From a bacterium (lineage in GTDB: Bacteria > Patescibacteriota > Doudnabacteria > UBA920 > 2-01-FULL-46-14), in NCBI GenBank assembly GCA_030700065.1, contig JAUYKH010000015.1, positions 1 to 42,654 of the forward strand: a DNA stretch of 42,654 bases, written 5' to 3'. Under the pieces are notes generated by a model. It had not been told where the DNA came from, did no database searches, and saw nothing but the letters and a program-made list of their open reading frames with translations. Of this stretch, positions 27,048-36,632 are shown piece by piece (the first letter of the stretch is position 1; every line of letters begins with the position of its first letter). The position numbers were made by a program, and so were the translations under genes.

Positions 27048-27449
27048 TTACCATATCTGGCAAATTACTTCGCCCCCGACTTTTTCCTTGCGCGCCTGTC
27101 GGTCAGTCATCAATCCCTTTGAAGTTGAAACAATTGTCGCGCCGAAACCAGATTTCACTTTTGGAATCTCCTGACTTCGGGCATAAATCCGCTGACCGGG
27201 TTTGCTTATGCGATTGAGTCCGGAAATTATCGGCGATCCGGCCTCATCGTACTTTAATTTAAGCTTCAAATGCTTTAATGATTTTTCTTCCGTCCCGCCG
27301 TCTATTTCCACTTGATCAATCCAACCTTGATTATGAAGCAATTCGGCCAAGTTCTGTTTCAGCTTCGAATACGGCAAAACCACCTCGGCCTTTTTTACGG
27401 CCAAGGCATTTCTGATTCGTGTTAGCATGTCTGATATTGGATCAGTCAT
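27048..27449 (-). CDS. rpsH: 30S ribosomal protein S8
   Basis: MTDPISDMLTRIRNA, SKPG.R.Y and STSKG motifs. Confidence 0.97.
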   Translation of the reverse strand: MTDPISDMLTRIRNALAVKKAEVVLPYSKLKQNLAELLHNQGWIDQVEIDGGTEEKSLKHLKLKLKYDEAGSPIISGLNRISKPGQRIYARSQEIPKVKSGFGATIVSTSKGLMTDRQARKEKVGGEVICQIW

Positions 27450-27459
27450 ACGTTTGATC

Positions 27460-27645
27460 TTACCAACTGGATTTAATAATACCTGGAATTTCCCCTTTGG
27501 AAGCCATCTCGCGAAAACAAATCCGGCACAAATCGAAATCTCTCATGTAGCCGCGCTTTCTTCCGCAACGCCAACAGCGTCTCACCAGTCGCGTGGAATA
27601 TTTCAGCTTTTTCTTTGATTTGGCAATCTGACTCTTTTTAGCCAT
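27460..27645 (-). CDS. rpsN: 30S ribosomal protein S14, Zn-binding type Z
   Basis: RC.RCGR.......F.LCRICFRE motif. Confidence 0.96.
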   Translation of the reverse strand: MAKKSQIAKSKKKLKYSTRLVRRCWRCGRKRGYMRDFDLCRICFREMASKGEIPGIIKSSW

Positions 27646-27664
27646 ATAAATTTAATGTGTCTTT

Positions 27665-27694
27665 TCCGCCGGAGGCGGATCCGCCTTAGGCGGA
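27665..27694. repeat. Tandem TCCGCC-N3-GGCGGA palindromes overlapping the rplE stop
   Basis: TCCGCCGGAGGCGGA-TCCGCCTTAGGCGGA. Confidence 0.75.
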
Positions 27695-28231
27695 AAACGG
27701 CATTCCTAACTTTTTCAAAAGCAGATAGGCCTGCTCATTGTTCTTTGCTGTGGTGACAATAGTGATCTCGAGACCAAAAGTCAATCCGACCTCTTCCTGC
27801 GCCATCTCCGGAAAAACAAAATGTTCAGATACGCCACAACTGTAATTTCCCTTTCCGTCAAGAGCGGTTTTTGAAAGACCGCGGAAGTCGCGGGTGCGCG
27901 GCAAGGCGGCATTGATAAATTTATCCAAAAATTCGTACATCCGTCTGCCTCGAAGCGTGACCCGCAAACCGACTATTTGTCCTTCGCGGATTTTGAACGC
28001 GGAAATTGCCTTCCTCGCGCGGGTCAAAAGCGGTTTCTGCCCGGTAATCCTGGCCATCGCCAGGGTAATTTCATCAAGGCTTTTAGGATTTTGCTGGAGC
28101 ACCCTCCCGATTCCCGCGTTTACTATAACTTTTTCGATCCTGGGAACTGCAAAAACATTGTCCAAATGAAGCTCTGCTTTGAGCTCTGGACGGATTCGCG
28201 TTTTATATAATTCCTGCAATCTGGTAGCCAT
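27686..28231 (-). CDS. rplE: 50S ribosomal protein L5
   Basis: ITGQKP..T.ARK.I..FK.REG and LPR.RDFRG motifs. Confidence 0.97.
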   Translation of the reverse strand: MATRLQELYKTRIRPELKAELHLDNVFAVPRIEKVIVNAGIGRVLQQNPKSLDEITLAMARITGQKPLLTRARKAISAFKIREGQIVGLRVTLRGRRMYEFLDKFINAALPRTRDFRGLSKTALDGKGNYSCGVSEHFVFPEMAQEEVGLTFGLEITIVTTAKNNEQAYLLLKKLGMPFSA

Positions 28232-28240
28232 AATATAAGA

Positions 28241-28552
28241 TCAAATATTCTTGCCGCATCGCTTGCATACGCGTCTTTTCATCCCTTTTTCATCCGTGAC
28301 ATGGCCAATCCGGGCGGGTTTTTTGCAGTGGGGGCATACAACCATCAGGCGAGACGCTCGCATGGGCATTGGAATCCGAAGTTTCTGTCCTTTTTCTCCG
28401 CCTTTTTTGGGCTTTCGGTGCCGGAATACGATATTGCGCCCCTCAACGGTCGCCATATTGAGTTTCGTATTCACCTTCAAGACTTTCCCCGTCTCGGATC
28501 GATCCTTGCCGGATAAAATTTTTACCAAATCGCCTTTTTTGATATTGGTCAT
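28241..28552 (-). CDS. rplX: 50S ribosomal protein L24
   Basis: KKGD.V.ILSGKD KOW motif; C-terminal CPHC/CKRC. Confidence 0.95.
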   Translation of the reverse strand: MTNIKKGDLVKILSGKDRSETGKVLKVNTKLNMATVEGRNIVFRHRKPKKGGEKGQKLRIPMPMRASRLMVVCPHCKKPARIGHVTDEKGMKRRVCKRCGKNI

Positions 28553-28920
28553 ATTACTTCGGGCGCCAAGCTAATAATCTTCGTGAAACCCAAATCCCTT
28601 AATTCTCGGGGGATGGGTCCAAAAATGCGGGTTCCGCGCGGCTCTTGGGAATCCTTATTGACCAACACAGCCGCATTCTCGTCAAAACGGATGTATGAGC
28701 CGTCCGCGCGCCTCGTTTCCTTCCGGGTCCGGACAATAACCGCGTATACTTTATCACCCTTTTTCACGCTTCCGGTCGGACTCGATGCCTTGACGGACGC
28801 CGCCACGACATCGCCTATCCTGGCCGCTTTGCGTTTATTTTTGCCAGATACGCTGAAAACCGCGATTTCCTTCGCGCCCGTGTTGTCCGCAACTTTCAAT
28901 CTTGAACGTAATTGAATCAT
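28549..28920 (-). CDS. rplN: 50S ribosomal protein L14
   Basis: MIQ....[10 protein letters not shown] and GTRIFGP..RELR motifs. Confidence 0.97.
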   Translation of the reverse strand: MIQLRSRLKVADNTGAKEIAVFSVSGKNKRKAARIGDVVAASVKASSPTGSVKKGDKVYAVIVRTRKETRRADGSYIRFDENAAVLVNKDSQEPRGTRIFGPIPRELRDLGFTKIISLAPEVI

Positions 28921-28921
28921 A

Positions 28922-29176
28922 TTACTTAATCTTTTTTACAATTTTCCATCGTTTCTCGCGCGAAATCGGCCGTGAACTTTCGATCTCCACCGTGTCTCCA
29001 ACTTGATATTCATTCTTCTCGTCATGAGCTTTATATTTTTTCGTAACCGTAAAATGCTTCCTGTATTTCGGATGACTTTTGCGGGTTACAACTTTGACAA
29101 CCGCTGTCTTGTTCATTTTATGAGCCACGATCTCCCCTTGTGCGCTAGATTTTTGCTTCCCTGCGGTCTGGCTCAT
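28922..29176 (-). CDS. rpsQ: 30S ribosomal protein S17
   Basis: KMNKT.VV, HPKY.K, AHDE.N and RPIS..KRW motifs. Confidence 0.97.
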   Translation of the reverse strand: MSQTAGKQKSSAQGEIVAHKMNKTAVVKVVTRKSHPKYRKHFTVTKKYKAHDEKNEYQVGDTVEIESSRPISREKRWKIVKKIK

Positions 29177-29364
29177 GTCTTTTTCCTTTCTTCAAGTATT
29201 GTTAAAATCCGGGCCAAATCCTTTTTGGTTTGCCGCAGCTGCTGGTGATTTTTAATCTCGCGGTTGGCGACTTTAAATCTCAAAGCGCGAATATGCTCCT
29301 TCATTTCTTCAAGCTGTTTCAATAAATCTTCCGTCGGTTTTTTTCGAATATCTTGAGCTTTCAT
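29173..29364 (-). CDS. rpmC: 50S ribosomal protein L29
   Basis: LRF.......N......KKD.ARILT motif; operon position. Confidence 0.93.
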   Translation of the reverse strand: MKAQDIRKKPTEDLLKQLEEMKEHIRALRFKVANREIKNHQQLRQTKKDLARILTILEERKKT

Positions 29365-29777
29365 CCCTCGCCCTTCCTTGCCTCAAAACGGGTTTTAACC
29401 GGCAATTTTCTAGCGGCCAGGCGCATCGCCTCGCGCGCTTGTTGGGGTGTAACGCCGTCCATTTCAAAAAGCATCCGTCCCTTTTTCACGACCGCGACAA
29501 AGTAATCCACCGCGCCCTTCCCCCCGCCCATCGGTATTTCGTTGCCTTTCGCCGTAATGGGCTTGTCCGGAAATATTCTCACCCATATTTTTCCGCCGCG
29601 TTGGACATATCTCGTCATTGCCCGGCGCGCCGCCTCAATTTGTCTGCTGGTTACCCAAGAATTGCTCAAAGCCCGCAACCCGTAGTTCCCGAAACTCAAA
29701 ACATTCCCGACCATGGCCTTGCCCTTGGTATGACCGCGGTGATGCTTTTTATGTTTAAGTTTTTTGGGAATCAACAT
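29361..29777 (-). CDS. rplP: 50S ribosomal protein L16
   Basis: QIEAAR.AM.R, W.RIFPD.P.T.K and MG.GKG motifs. Confidence 0.97.
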   Translation of the reverse strand: MLIPKKLKHKKHHRGHTKGKAMVGNVLSFGNYGLRALSNSWVTSRQIEAARRAMTRYVQRGGKIWVRIFPDKPITAKGNEIPMGGGKGAVDYFVAVVKKGRMLFEMDGVTPQQAREAMRLAARKLPVKTRFEARKGEG

Positions 29778-29780
29778 ATT

Positions 29781-30443
29781 CTAAATTCTTTCTTTCTTAA
29801 GCTCTTGAGCGGCAAAGACTTCGCCTTTATTGACCCAAACTTTTATTCCGACTGTTCCATAAGTGGTGAAAGCTGTCGCCCGCGCAAAGTCGATATTTGC
29901 CCGCAGGGTATGCAAGGGAAGCTTCCCTTTGTAAAGCCATTCTGTCCGCGCAATTTCCGCTCCGCCCAAGCGGCCGGAAATCGCGATTTTGACCCCGGTT
30001 GCCCCCGCGTCCATAATCTGCTCGATCGCTGTTTTCATGGCCCGCCGGTAGGACATCCGCTTTTCGATTTGCTCCGCCAAAGTCTGCGCCCAAACCTGGG
30101 CCTCGAGATTGATATTCCTTGATTCTTCGATGGTCACCTTGAGATCCACTTTCCCGATGATATGTTTCTTGAGCTGTTTCTTGAGCTCTTCGACTCCCCC
30201 GCCGCCCTTTCCGATAATCATGCCGGGGCGGGTAGAGTGGACGATTACATTGATTTCTTCGTTCAATCTCTCAATATCTATTCTGATAATGCCTGCTTTG
30301 GCATACTTTTCCGCCACAATTGTCCGAATTGTGCTGTCTTCCTTGAGCGTATCCGAGAATTTTTTTCCACGGGCAAACCACCTGGATTTCCAGGTGTCAG
30401 TGATATTCATTCTAAAACTGCGCGGATCAACCTTGTGGCCCAT
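29781..30443 (-). CDS. rpsC: 30S ribosomal protein S3
   Basis: MGHKV.P, RPG..IGK.G, GRLGGAEIAR.E and PLHTLRA.ID motifs. Confidence 0.97.
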   Translation of the reverse strand: MGHKVDPRSFRMNITDTWKSRWFARGKKFSDTLKEDSTIRTIVAEKYAKAGIIRIDIERLNEEINVIVHSTRPGMIIGKGGGGVEELKKQLKKHIIGKVDLKVTIEESRNINLEAQVWAQTLAEQIEKRMSYRRAMKTAIEQIMDAGATGVKIAISGRLGGAEIARTEWLYKGKLPLHTLRANIDFARATAFTTYGTVGIKVWVNKGEVFAAQELKKERI

Positions 30444-30448
30444 AATAG

Positions 30449-31024
30449 TTAGCTTCCCATATTACCTCGTCTGTCAAAACCTGTATAGTGCTTGCCTTTT
30501 GGATCCTGTTTGGGCGGCAGCTGCGGGCCGCTTCCCTCTTTCCTCTTTCTCCGCAAAAAGCTGAACCGGGACGGCTTGGTTTCTTCCGGCTCTGGAGCTT
30601 TGACCGCCTGCAATGCTTCTTCCGGTTTTGGTTCCGGCTTTTTGCCTGCAGGCCTTGCAATCGATTTCTTACCCACGCCCAAAATCAAATTCATATGGCT
30701 GGTTCTCTTTCGCACTGGTAATGCCCGACCTTGGGCGCGGGGCATATATCGCATGTAAACAGGGCCGCCGTCTATCGTGAGATTTTTGATGAACAGCCGT
30801 TCTTTTTCAATCTGGTGATTGTGAGAAGCGTTCGCCACTGCGGAGTCAATCAATTTCGAAATCGGCCGCGCCGCCTTTTTCACCAAAAATTTGAGCTGCG
30901 AAAGCGCGGTTTCCACCGGCATATCCTTCAATAACCGGGCCACGAGTCTGGCCTTCCTGGGGGAAATATGAATTCCACCTGCCCGGGCTTTGACTTCTGT
31001 AATTATTTTCTTTAAGTCTTCCAT
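30449..31024 (-). CDS. rplV: 50S ribosomal protein L22 with about 70-aa C-terminal extension
   Basis: ISPRKARLVA, SA.ANA..N and PRAQGRA....KRTSH motifs. Confidence 0.95.
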   Translation of the reverse strand: MEDLKKIITEVKARAGGIHISPRKARLVARLLKDMPVETALSQLKFLVKKAARPISKLIDSAVANASHNHQIEKERLFIKNLTIDGGPVYMRYMPRAQGRALPVRKRTSHMNLILGVGKKSIARPAGKKPEPKPEEALQAVKAPEPEETKPSRFSFLRRKRKEGSGPQLPPKQDPKGKHYTGFDRRGNMGS

Positions 31025-31049
31025 TATTCTATATTCTCTATTCTAAATT

Positions 31050-31394
31050 CTATTTCTTCTCTCCTCCCGGTTCCTCTTGCGCGGCGGCAACCTTCGCCCG
31101 TTCCGCGTCAGCCGCCGCGGCCGCTTCTTCTTTGGCCATGCGGCCTCCGTGGCGGGTAAACTTTCTCGTCAGAGAAAACTCGCCCAGTTTATGCCCGACC
31201 ATGTCTTCAGTAATAAAAACTTCGTTGAAAATCTTTCCGTTATGCACGGCAAAAGTGAAGCCGACCATCTCCGGAGTGACTGTGGAATCCCGCGACCACG
31301 TCTTGATGACAGTCTTGGCGCCCGCCTTGAGGTTCTGCATTTTCTTGATGAGATTCGGATCCACAAACGGCCCCTTTTTTAAACTTCTGGACAT
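31050..31394 (-). CDS. rpsS: 30S ribosomal protein S19 (Ala-rich tail)
   Basis: [12 protein letters not shown] and MVGHKLGEF motifs. Confidence 0.97.
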   Translation of the reverse strand: MSRSLKKGPFVDPNLIKKMQNLKAGAKTVIKTWSRDSTVTPEMVGFTFAVHNGKIFNEVFITEDMVGHKLGEFSLTRKFTRHGGRMAKEEAAAAADAERAKVAAAQEEPGGEKK

Positions 31395-31395
31395 A

Positions 31396-32130
31396 CTATT
31401 TAGTCAACTTAAAGGTAGTAAGCACTTCAGCAACATTAAAGTTGTCAGGCCCTGATGTTGCATTTCTGGTTAGGTAAATATCGGTCGCGGTCTGACCCAA
31501 AACCTTCCAACCGCTTTTCTGACCATCCGGCATCATATCCCAAATTTCCTTTGGGTAGATTGTTATAGTCAAGGGTGCAAAGTACCCATACATCTCATCG
31601 GTTACATTTATAACGGTACTTGATTTATCAGATGTCGGCAATGAAAATTGTATATAAGTTGGGCGTCCCACCCCTTGGCTTCCCTCAGATGAAAACACTT
31701 TATATCCTTGCCACGCGTCGGTGAAAGTTAACTGAAATCCGAATCGACTATTTGTGTAAATTTTCCAGCTTGCGGTTTCCATACTCGCCCGATATTCGTT
31801 GAGGGGCTGCCCTTCAATTAAAATTGTATAACCAACCTCCCTACCAAGGTCCCCTTCTATAACATCTGTAATTGCATTAGAAACACGTTGGAAAGTATCT
31901 TCAAAAATGGCCCAACCTTCTGAGGTGATTTCTTTGGTAAAGTTAAGGGTAATTAGGTTGCCTTCAACTTTGACAGCAATTAATTTGCTCCCAACGGGGG
32001 TACCGGGCTTACCCAATGCCGTTTCAACTGCGGTTTTAACACGCGAATCCAAACTTGGTTGAACTGGAACCGTATTGCAAGCTGCGGCAAAGAAGATAAC
32101 TGCGGCGGCGATTAAAAACGTCTTTTTCAT
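31396..32130 (-). CDS. Lipoprotein inserted in the S10 operon
   Basis: Signal [18 protein letters not shown] (lipobox-like); GerMN-like segment, then a [15 protein letters not shown] motif. Confidence 0.85.
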   Translation of the reverse strand: MKKTFLIAAAVIFFAAACNTVPVQPSLDSRVKTAVETALGKPGTPVGSKLIAVKVEGNLITLNFTKEITSEGWAIFEDTFQRVSNAITDVIEGDLGREVGYTILIEGQPLNEYRASMETASWKIYTNSRFGFQLTFTDAWQGYKVFSSEGSQGVGRPTYIQFSLPTSDKSSTVINVTDEMYGYFAPLTITIYPKEIWDMMPDGQKSGWKVLGQTATDIYLTRNATSGPDNFNVAEVLTTFKLTK

Positions 32131-32131
32131 A

Positions 32132-32965
32132 TTATTTCCTGCGTCTGATTATAAATTTATTCGACAATCGATTCTTTTTTCGCGTCTTCACACCCAGCGC
32201 GTGTTTGCCCCACGGGGTTTTCGGATATTTCAAGCCAATCGGATTTTTGCCCTCCCCACCGCCATGCGGATGGTCAACCGGATTCATCGCCTTACCCCGC
32301 ACCGTCGGCCTGATTCCCATCAATCGCTTGCGGCCGGCTTTGCCGATGCGGACATTCATGTGGTCAACATTCGAAACCTGCCCGATCGTGGCCATGCAAT
32401 TTTCGTCAATCTTCCTGATTTCTCCAGATGGCAATTTCAAAATCGCGTACCCGCCTTCGACGGCTGTGATTGTCGCGTAACTGCCGGCCCCTCGGACGAT
32501 TTGCCCGCCGCGGCCCGCCGCCAATTCAACATCATGCACAATCGTGCCGACCGGCATATTCTTGATGACTGTTCGAAAGCCTGGTTTGATCTCCACTTTC
32601 CCTTTGGAACTGATAACCTGATCCCCTACTTGAACGCCAGCTGGAGCGATAATATAGTCTTTCGCGCCGTTCTTGTAAAACAGCAATGCTATAAACGCGG
32701 AACGGTTCGGATCATATTCGATGGACGCGACCTTTGCCGGAATATCAAATTTCGTCCGCTTGTAATCCAGCAGGCGGATCCTCTTCTTCGCTCCGCCGCC
32801 GATATGCCGGACGGTGATGTGTCCATGCTGATTTCTGCCGCCGCTTTTGGCCTTGGATAAAAATTTCGAACGCGGGCCTTGCGGTTTTTTTGACAGATCT
32901 GAATAAACTACTACGGAAGTTTTCCGAAGCCCGGGAGTCGTTGGTTTGTAATATTTAATGGCCAT
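32132..32965 (-). CDS. rplB: 50S ribosomal protein L2
   Basis: [12 protein letters not shown] and [19 protein letters not shown] motifs. Confidence 0.98.
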   Translation of the reverse strand: MAIKYYKPTTPGLRKTSVVVYSDLSKKPQGPRSKFLSKAKSGGRNQHGHITVRHIGGGAKKRIRLLDYKRTKFDIPAKVASIEYDPNRSAFIALLFYKNGAKDYIIAPAGVQVGDQVISSKGKVEIKPGFRTVIKNMPVGTIVHDVELAAGRGGQIVRGAGSYATITAVEGGYAILKLPSGEIRKIDENCMATIGQVSNVDHMNVRIGKAGRKRLMGIRPTVRGKAMNPVDHPHGGGEGKNPIGLKYPKTPWGKHALGVKTRKKNRLSNKFIIRRRK

Positions 32966-32968
32966 ATA

Positions 32969-33373
32969 TTATCCGACTGATTCAATAATTCCTGGGATTT
33001 TTTCGCCTTTGCGAACTTCAACAATTGCTTTCTTCCAGGGGGAGGTCCGCCCTGTGGTTTTGCCATAGCGCCGCGATTTGGACGGCATACTGATTATCCG
33101 CACGGAGGCGACATGAACATTGTAAACTCGCTCGATACTCTTTCTTATCTCGCTTTTGTTTGCCGAATCCGCGACCGCGAAAACATACCGTCCCATTCCC
33201 GCCAGATGAGTGCCTTTCTCGGATGTGACCGGCCGCAGCAAAATCTGGTAAGCCCGGCCAGTGTTTCCTTTTGGCGTCGGCTTCTCCGGCTGTTTTTCGG
33301 CTTCCGGCTTTTCGGCCTTCTGCGGCTCTTCAGTCCGCTTTTTCTTGAATTTTAGCTTGTCGAGTATTCCCAT
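32969..33373 (-). CDS. rplW: 50S ribosomal protein L23 with N-terminal extension
   Basis: RPVTSEK, ANK.EI...IE..Y.V.V..V and WKKAIV motifs. Start MGILDK at 33373 is inferred. Confidence 0.92.
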   Translation of the reverse strand: MGILDKLKFKKKRTEEPQKAEKPEAEKQPEKPTPKGNTGRAYQILLRPVTSEKGTHLAGMGRYVFAVADSANKSEIRKSIERVYNVHVASVRIISMPSKSRRYGKTTGRTSPWKKAIVEVRKGEKIPGIIESVG

Positions 33374-33377
33374 ACCT

Positions 33378-34025
33378 TTATAAATACGTCTTTTCAATCT
33401 CCGGCAACGCGTCTTTCAGCACAATTATTGAATTTGCCTGAAGAAGGTCCAGGATATTCAGATTCGCAGCGGTAATAACCTTGACATCCGGCAGATTAGC
33501 GCTTGCGCGGGCTAGTTTTTCCGCCTTCGCGGGAGTGATAATTAAAACATTTTTTCCCGTTGGCTTCATTTTTTTCGCAAAAATGTCAATTTTTTGCAAA
33601 AGCTCTCTGGTCTTGGCCTCTTGCAGCTCAATATTATCCACGACCAAAAGCTGATTTGACTTTATCCGGTCAGTCAGGGCGGCAAAAAGGGCCAGCCGGT
33701 TTGTTTTTTTGTTCACCTTCTTGTAAAAATTTCTGCCCGCGACCGGACCAAAAATTATTCCGCCGCCGCGCCAAAGAGGAGAACGGATGGAACCGGCCCG
33801 GGCGCGACCCGTGCCTTTCTGCTTCCAAGGTTTCTTCCCGCCCCCCCGCACTTCCCCTTTGGTCTTGGTTCTGGCCGTGGCCCGCCGCAGGTTGGAAAGT
33901 CTGGCGGTAACTACCTGATGCAGAACACCGGGCTTTAATTCCTTGATCTCAAAAATCTTTGGGTTCAGCTCGATCTTGGAACCCGTATCTTCTCCGGACT
34001 GGCTGTAAACGGAAACTTTGAGCAT
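33378..34025 (-). CDS. rplD: 50S ribosomal protein L4
   Basis: TKT.GEV.GGGKKPWKQKGTGRAR.GS.RSP.W.GGG motif. Confidence 0.97.
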   Translation of the reverse strand: MLKVSVYSQSGEDTGSKIELNPKIFEIKELKPGVLHQVVTARLSNLRRATARTKTKGEVRGGGKKPWKQKGTGRARAGSIRSPLWRGGGIIFGPVAGRNFYKKVNKKTNRLALFAALTDRIKSNQLLVVDNIELQEAKTRELLQKIDIFAKKMKPTGKNVLIITPAKAEKLARASANLPDVKVITAANLNILDLLQANSIIVLKDALPEIEKTYL

Positions 34026-34030
34026 ATAAA

Positions 34031-34627
34031 TTAGGCCTTTGCCTGATATTCAAAAACGTCCGCGATTGCCTTCTTTTTGCCGGTGGCGACAATTTTGACG
34101 ATACTTCCAAAATGTCCCGGCACCCCGCCTTTTGCGAACAACAGATTTTTCGCGGGATCAACGGCCACGACAACCGAATGTTTGACTGTCGCGTTTTGGG
34201 CCCCCATGTGTCCGGCCATCCGCAGTCCCGGCCGCACATGCTGGGGAAACCGCTGTCCGATCGAGCCGACCGCGCGGGGATGGTCATGGCCATGGCTGGC
34301 CGGCGCTCCGTGAAAACCGTGCCGTTTCATGGCTCCGGCGAAACCCCGCCCTTTCGAAATTCCGGAAATATCAATTACCTGGCCTGGCGTAAAATCGGAA
34401 ACCTTGATTTCCCGCCCTTTTTCGATTTTCAATTCTGAATTCTCCATTCTAAATTCTGCTCTCTTCTTGTTGCCGAAACTAATCTGCACGGCGGAATACT
34501 GATCTTTTTCAGGCGTCTTCACCTGAATTACCTTGCACGGGCCCGCCTGAAGCACTGTCACCGGAACAACTCGCCCCTCTTCCGTAAACAACTGGGTCAT
34601 ATTCAATTTTTTGGCAAGTATAAACAT
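34031..34627 (-). CDS. rplC: 50S ribosomal protein L3
   Basis: K..MTQ.F...G..VPVTV, SKGRGF.G..KRHGF and MAGHMG motifs. Start MFILAKK at 34627. Confidence 0.96.
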   Translation of the reverse strand: MFILAKKLNMTQLFTEEGRVVPVTVLQAGPCKVIQVKTPEKDQYSAVQISFGNKKRAEFRMENSELKIEKGREIKVSDFTPGQVIDISGISKGRGFAGAMKRHGFHGAPASHGHDHPRAVGSIGQRFPQHVRPGLRMAGHMGAQNATVKHSVVVAVDPAKNLLFAKGGVPGHFGSIVKIVATGKKKAIADVFEYQAKA

Positions 34628-34719
34628 AATTTTTAAAAAAATACCAGGAAGATCCATTCCTGGTTAGAATCGGATCTTCGGTGATATCCCGCCTGCGGCG
34701 GGATCAGAACCCGAAGTAT

Positions 34720-35049
34720 TTACATCTTGATCTCTATTTCCACGCCGGCGGGGAGGTTCAGTTTATCAAACGCGTCTTTGGTTTTCTGCGTTGGATTCAG
34801 AATATCAATCAATCGTTTGTGCATGCGCATCTCGTACTGATCGCGGGAATCTTTGTGCACAAAGGTCGATTTATTAACCGTATATTTTTTCTTCTCTGTG
34901 GGAAGAGGCACCGGTCCGGCGACCATCGCCCCGCTTCGCTTGGCAGTATCCACAATTTGCTTCGCGCTCTGATCTATCAATTTGTGATCATACGCGCGTA
35001 TTTTGATCCGGATGCGCTGTTGTGCTGGTTCTTCCGCCTTTCCTTTCAT
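34720..35049 (-). CDS. rpsJ: 30S ribosomal protein S10
   Basis: IRIK..AYDH..ID.S, GP.PLPT and HKRLIDI motifs. Confidence 0.97.
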   Translation of the reverse strand: MKGKAEEPAQQRIRIKIRAYDHKLIDQSAKQIVDTAKRSGAMVAGPVPLPTEKKKYTVNKSTFVHKDSRDQYEMRMHKRLIDILNPTQKTKDAFDKLNLPAGVEIEIKM

Positions 35050-35058
35050 TGCTTGATA

Positions 35059-36243
35059 TTACTTGATTATCTTCGTCACAACCCCGGCGCCGACCGTGTG
35101 GCCGCCTTCGCGGATCGCGAATCTTTGCTGCTCTTCCAGAGCCACAGGTGCGATCAGTTTGATAATCAATTTGATAGTATCGCCCGGCATGACCATTTCC
35201 TTGCCCGCGGGCAGGGCGGCCTCTCCAGTCACGTCAGTGGTTCGGATGTAAAACTGCGGTTTATAACCCGTGAAGAACGCGGTATGACGTCCGCCTTCCT
35301 CTTTCGTCAGAACGTAAACTTCGGCTTCAAATTCAGTATGAGGAGTGATCGATCCCGGCTTGGCCAAAACTTGTCCGCGCTCGACTTCTTCCTTTTTGGT
35401 GCCGCGCAAAAGAATCCCGGCATTGTCTCCGGCTCGCCCTTCGTCCAGGGATTTGTTGAACATTTCAATGCCGGTAACGACTGTCTTTGAAGTCGGACGG
35501 ATACCAATAATTTCGATCTCATCGCTTAACTTCACAATGCCCCTCTCGATTCTTCCCGTTACAACAGTGCCTCGCCCTTCGATAGAAAAGATGTCTTCAA
35601 TCGGCATCAAAAAGGGTTTGTCCGTGTTGCGCACCGGCTCGGGGAAGTATGTGTCCATGGTATTGACGAGCTGTTCGATGCTCTTGAGCGCTTCGGGGTC
35701 ATTTTCCATGGCCTTGAGCGCGGACCCGCGAATGATCGGGGTTTCCTTTCCGGGATATTCGTATTTGTTCAAAAGTTCGCGAACTTCCTCTTCAACCAGA
35801 TCTATGAGCTCGGGGTCGTCCACCATGTCCACTTTATTCAAGAAGACGATAATATGCGGCACACCGACTTGTCTGGCCAGCAAAATGTGTTCTCGGGTCT
35901 GCGGCATCGGGCCGTCAGCCGCGGATATGACCAAAACCGCGCCATCCATCTGGGCCGCGCCCGTGATCATGTTTTTGATGTAATCCGCGTGTCCCGGCGC
36001 GTCAACGTGGGCGTAATGGCGCTTCTCTGTTTCGTACTCGACATGCGAAGTGTTTATGGTGATTCCGCGCTCCTTTTCCTCCGGAGCGTTGTCAATGGAA
36101 TCATAGCTTCGTTCCTTCGCCAGTCCTTTGGAAGCCAAATAATGGGTGATGGCCGCGGTCAGAGTGGTTTTGCCGTGGTCAACATGCCCGATTGTTCCGA
36201 CGTTAATATGGGGTTTTGTGCGTTCAAATTTCCCGACTGCCAT
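35059..36243 (-). CDS. tuf: Elongation factor Tu
   Basis: [28 protein letters not shown] and NKVD motifs. Confidence 0.99.
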   Translation of the reverse strand: MAVGKFERTKPHINVGTIGHVDHGKTTLTAAITHYLASKGLAKERSYDSIDNAPEEKERGITINTSHVEYETEKRHYAHVDAPGHADYIKNMITGAAQMDGAVLVISAADGPMPQTREHILLARQVGVPHIIVFLNKVDMVDDPELIDLVEEEVRELLNKYEYPGKETPIIRGSALKAMENDPEALKSIEQLVNTMDTYFPEPVRNTDKPFLMPIEDIFSIEGRGTVVTGRIERGIVKLSDEIEIIGIRPTSKTVVTGIEMFNKSLDEGRAGDNAGILLRGTKKEEVERGQVLAKPGSITPHTEFEAEVYVLTKEEGGRHTAFFTGYKPQFYIRTTDVTGEAALPAGKEMVMPGDTIKLIIKLIAPVALEEQQRFAIREGGHTVGAGVVTKIIK

Positions 36244-36282
36244 ACTTTTTTATAAATCTTTTAATAATAAATTGACAAAAAA

Positions 36283-36311
36283 ATTATAATTGACTTTTTC
36301 GATAAAGTCAA
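36283..36311 (-). promoter_or_regulatory. sigma70 promoter for tuf-S10-spc
   Basis: TTGACT-17-TATAAT. Confidence 0.75.
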
Positions 36312-36326
36312 ACTTTATACAATATA

Positions 36327-36623
36327 TCAAATCCCCAGATGGGCGTCAAGGGGCTCTATCCTGACTTCGTCCACGGTATTCTCGGCCAACAGTCCCTCGT
36401 CGGCGGTGAGCTGGGCTTTGGTGATTTGCTTGTTGATGTCCTCGATTTCCGAAATCCGTTCGGCCAGCTTGCCGGCAATGCTCGGAACCGCGAGATTCTG
36501 AAATTCCTGGTAATCCATGAGCACCACTTTGGGCTCGCCCTCTTCGACAATAATAAATTTGCCCCCGATGAGCTTAAGTATCCGCAAAATGTCCGCAAGC
36601 TTATCTTGATCCATATTACCCAT
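36327..36623 (-). CDS. Small hypothetical protein with a Phd/YefM-like N-terminal motif
   Basis: FIIVEEGEPKVVLMDYQEF resembles the Phd 'i.it..g.p..vl.s.eey' pattern. Start may be 36614. Confidence 0.6.
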   Translation of the reverse strand: MGNMDQDKLADILRILKLIGGKFIIVEEGEPKVVLMDYQEFQNLAVPSIAGKLAERISEIEDINKQITKAQLTADEGLLAENTVDEVRIEPLDAHLGI

Positions 36624-36632
36624 ATTCTAGCC

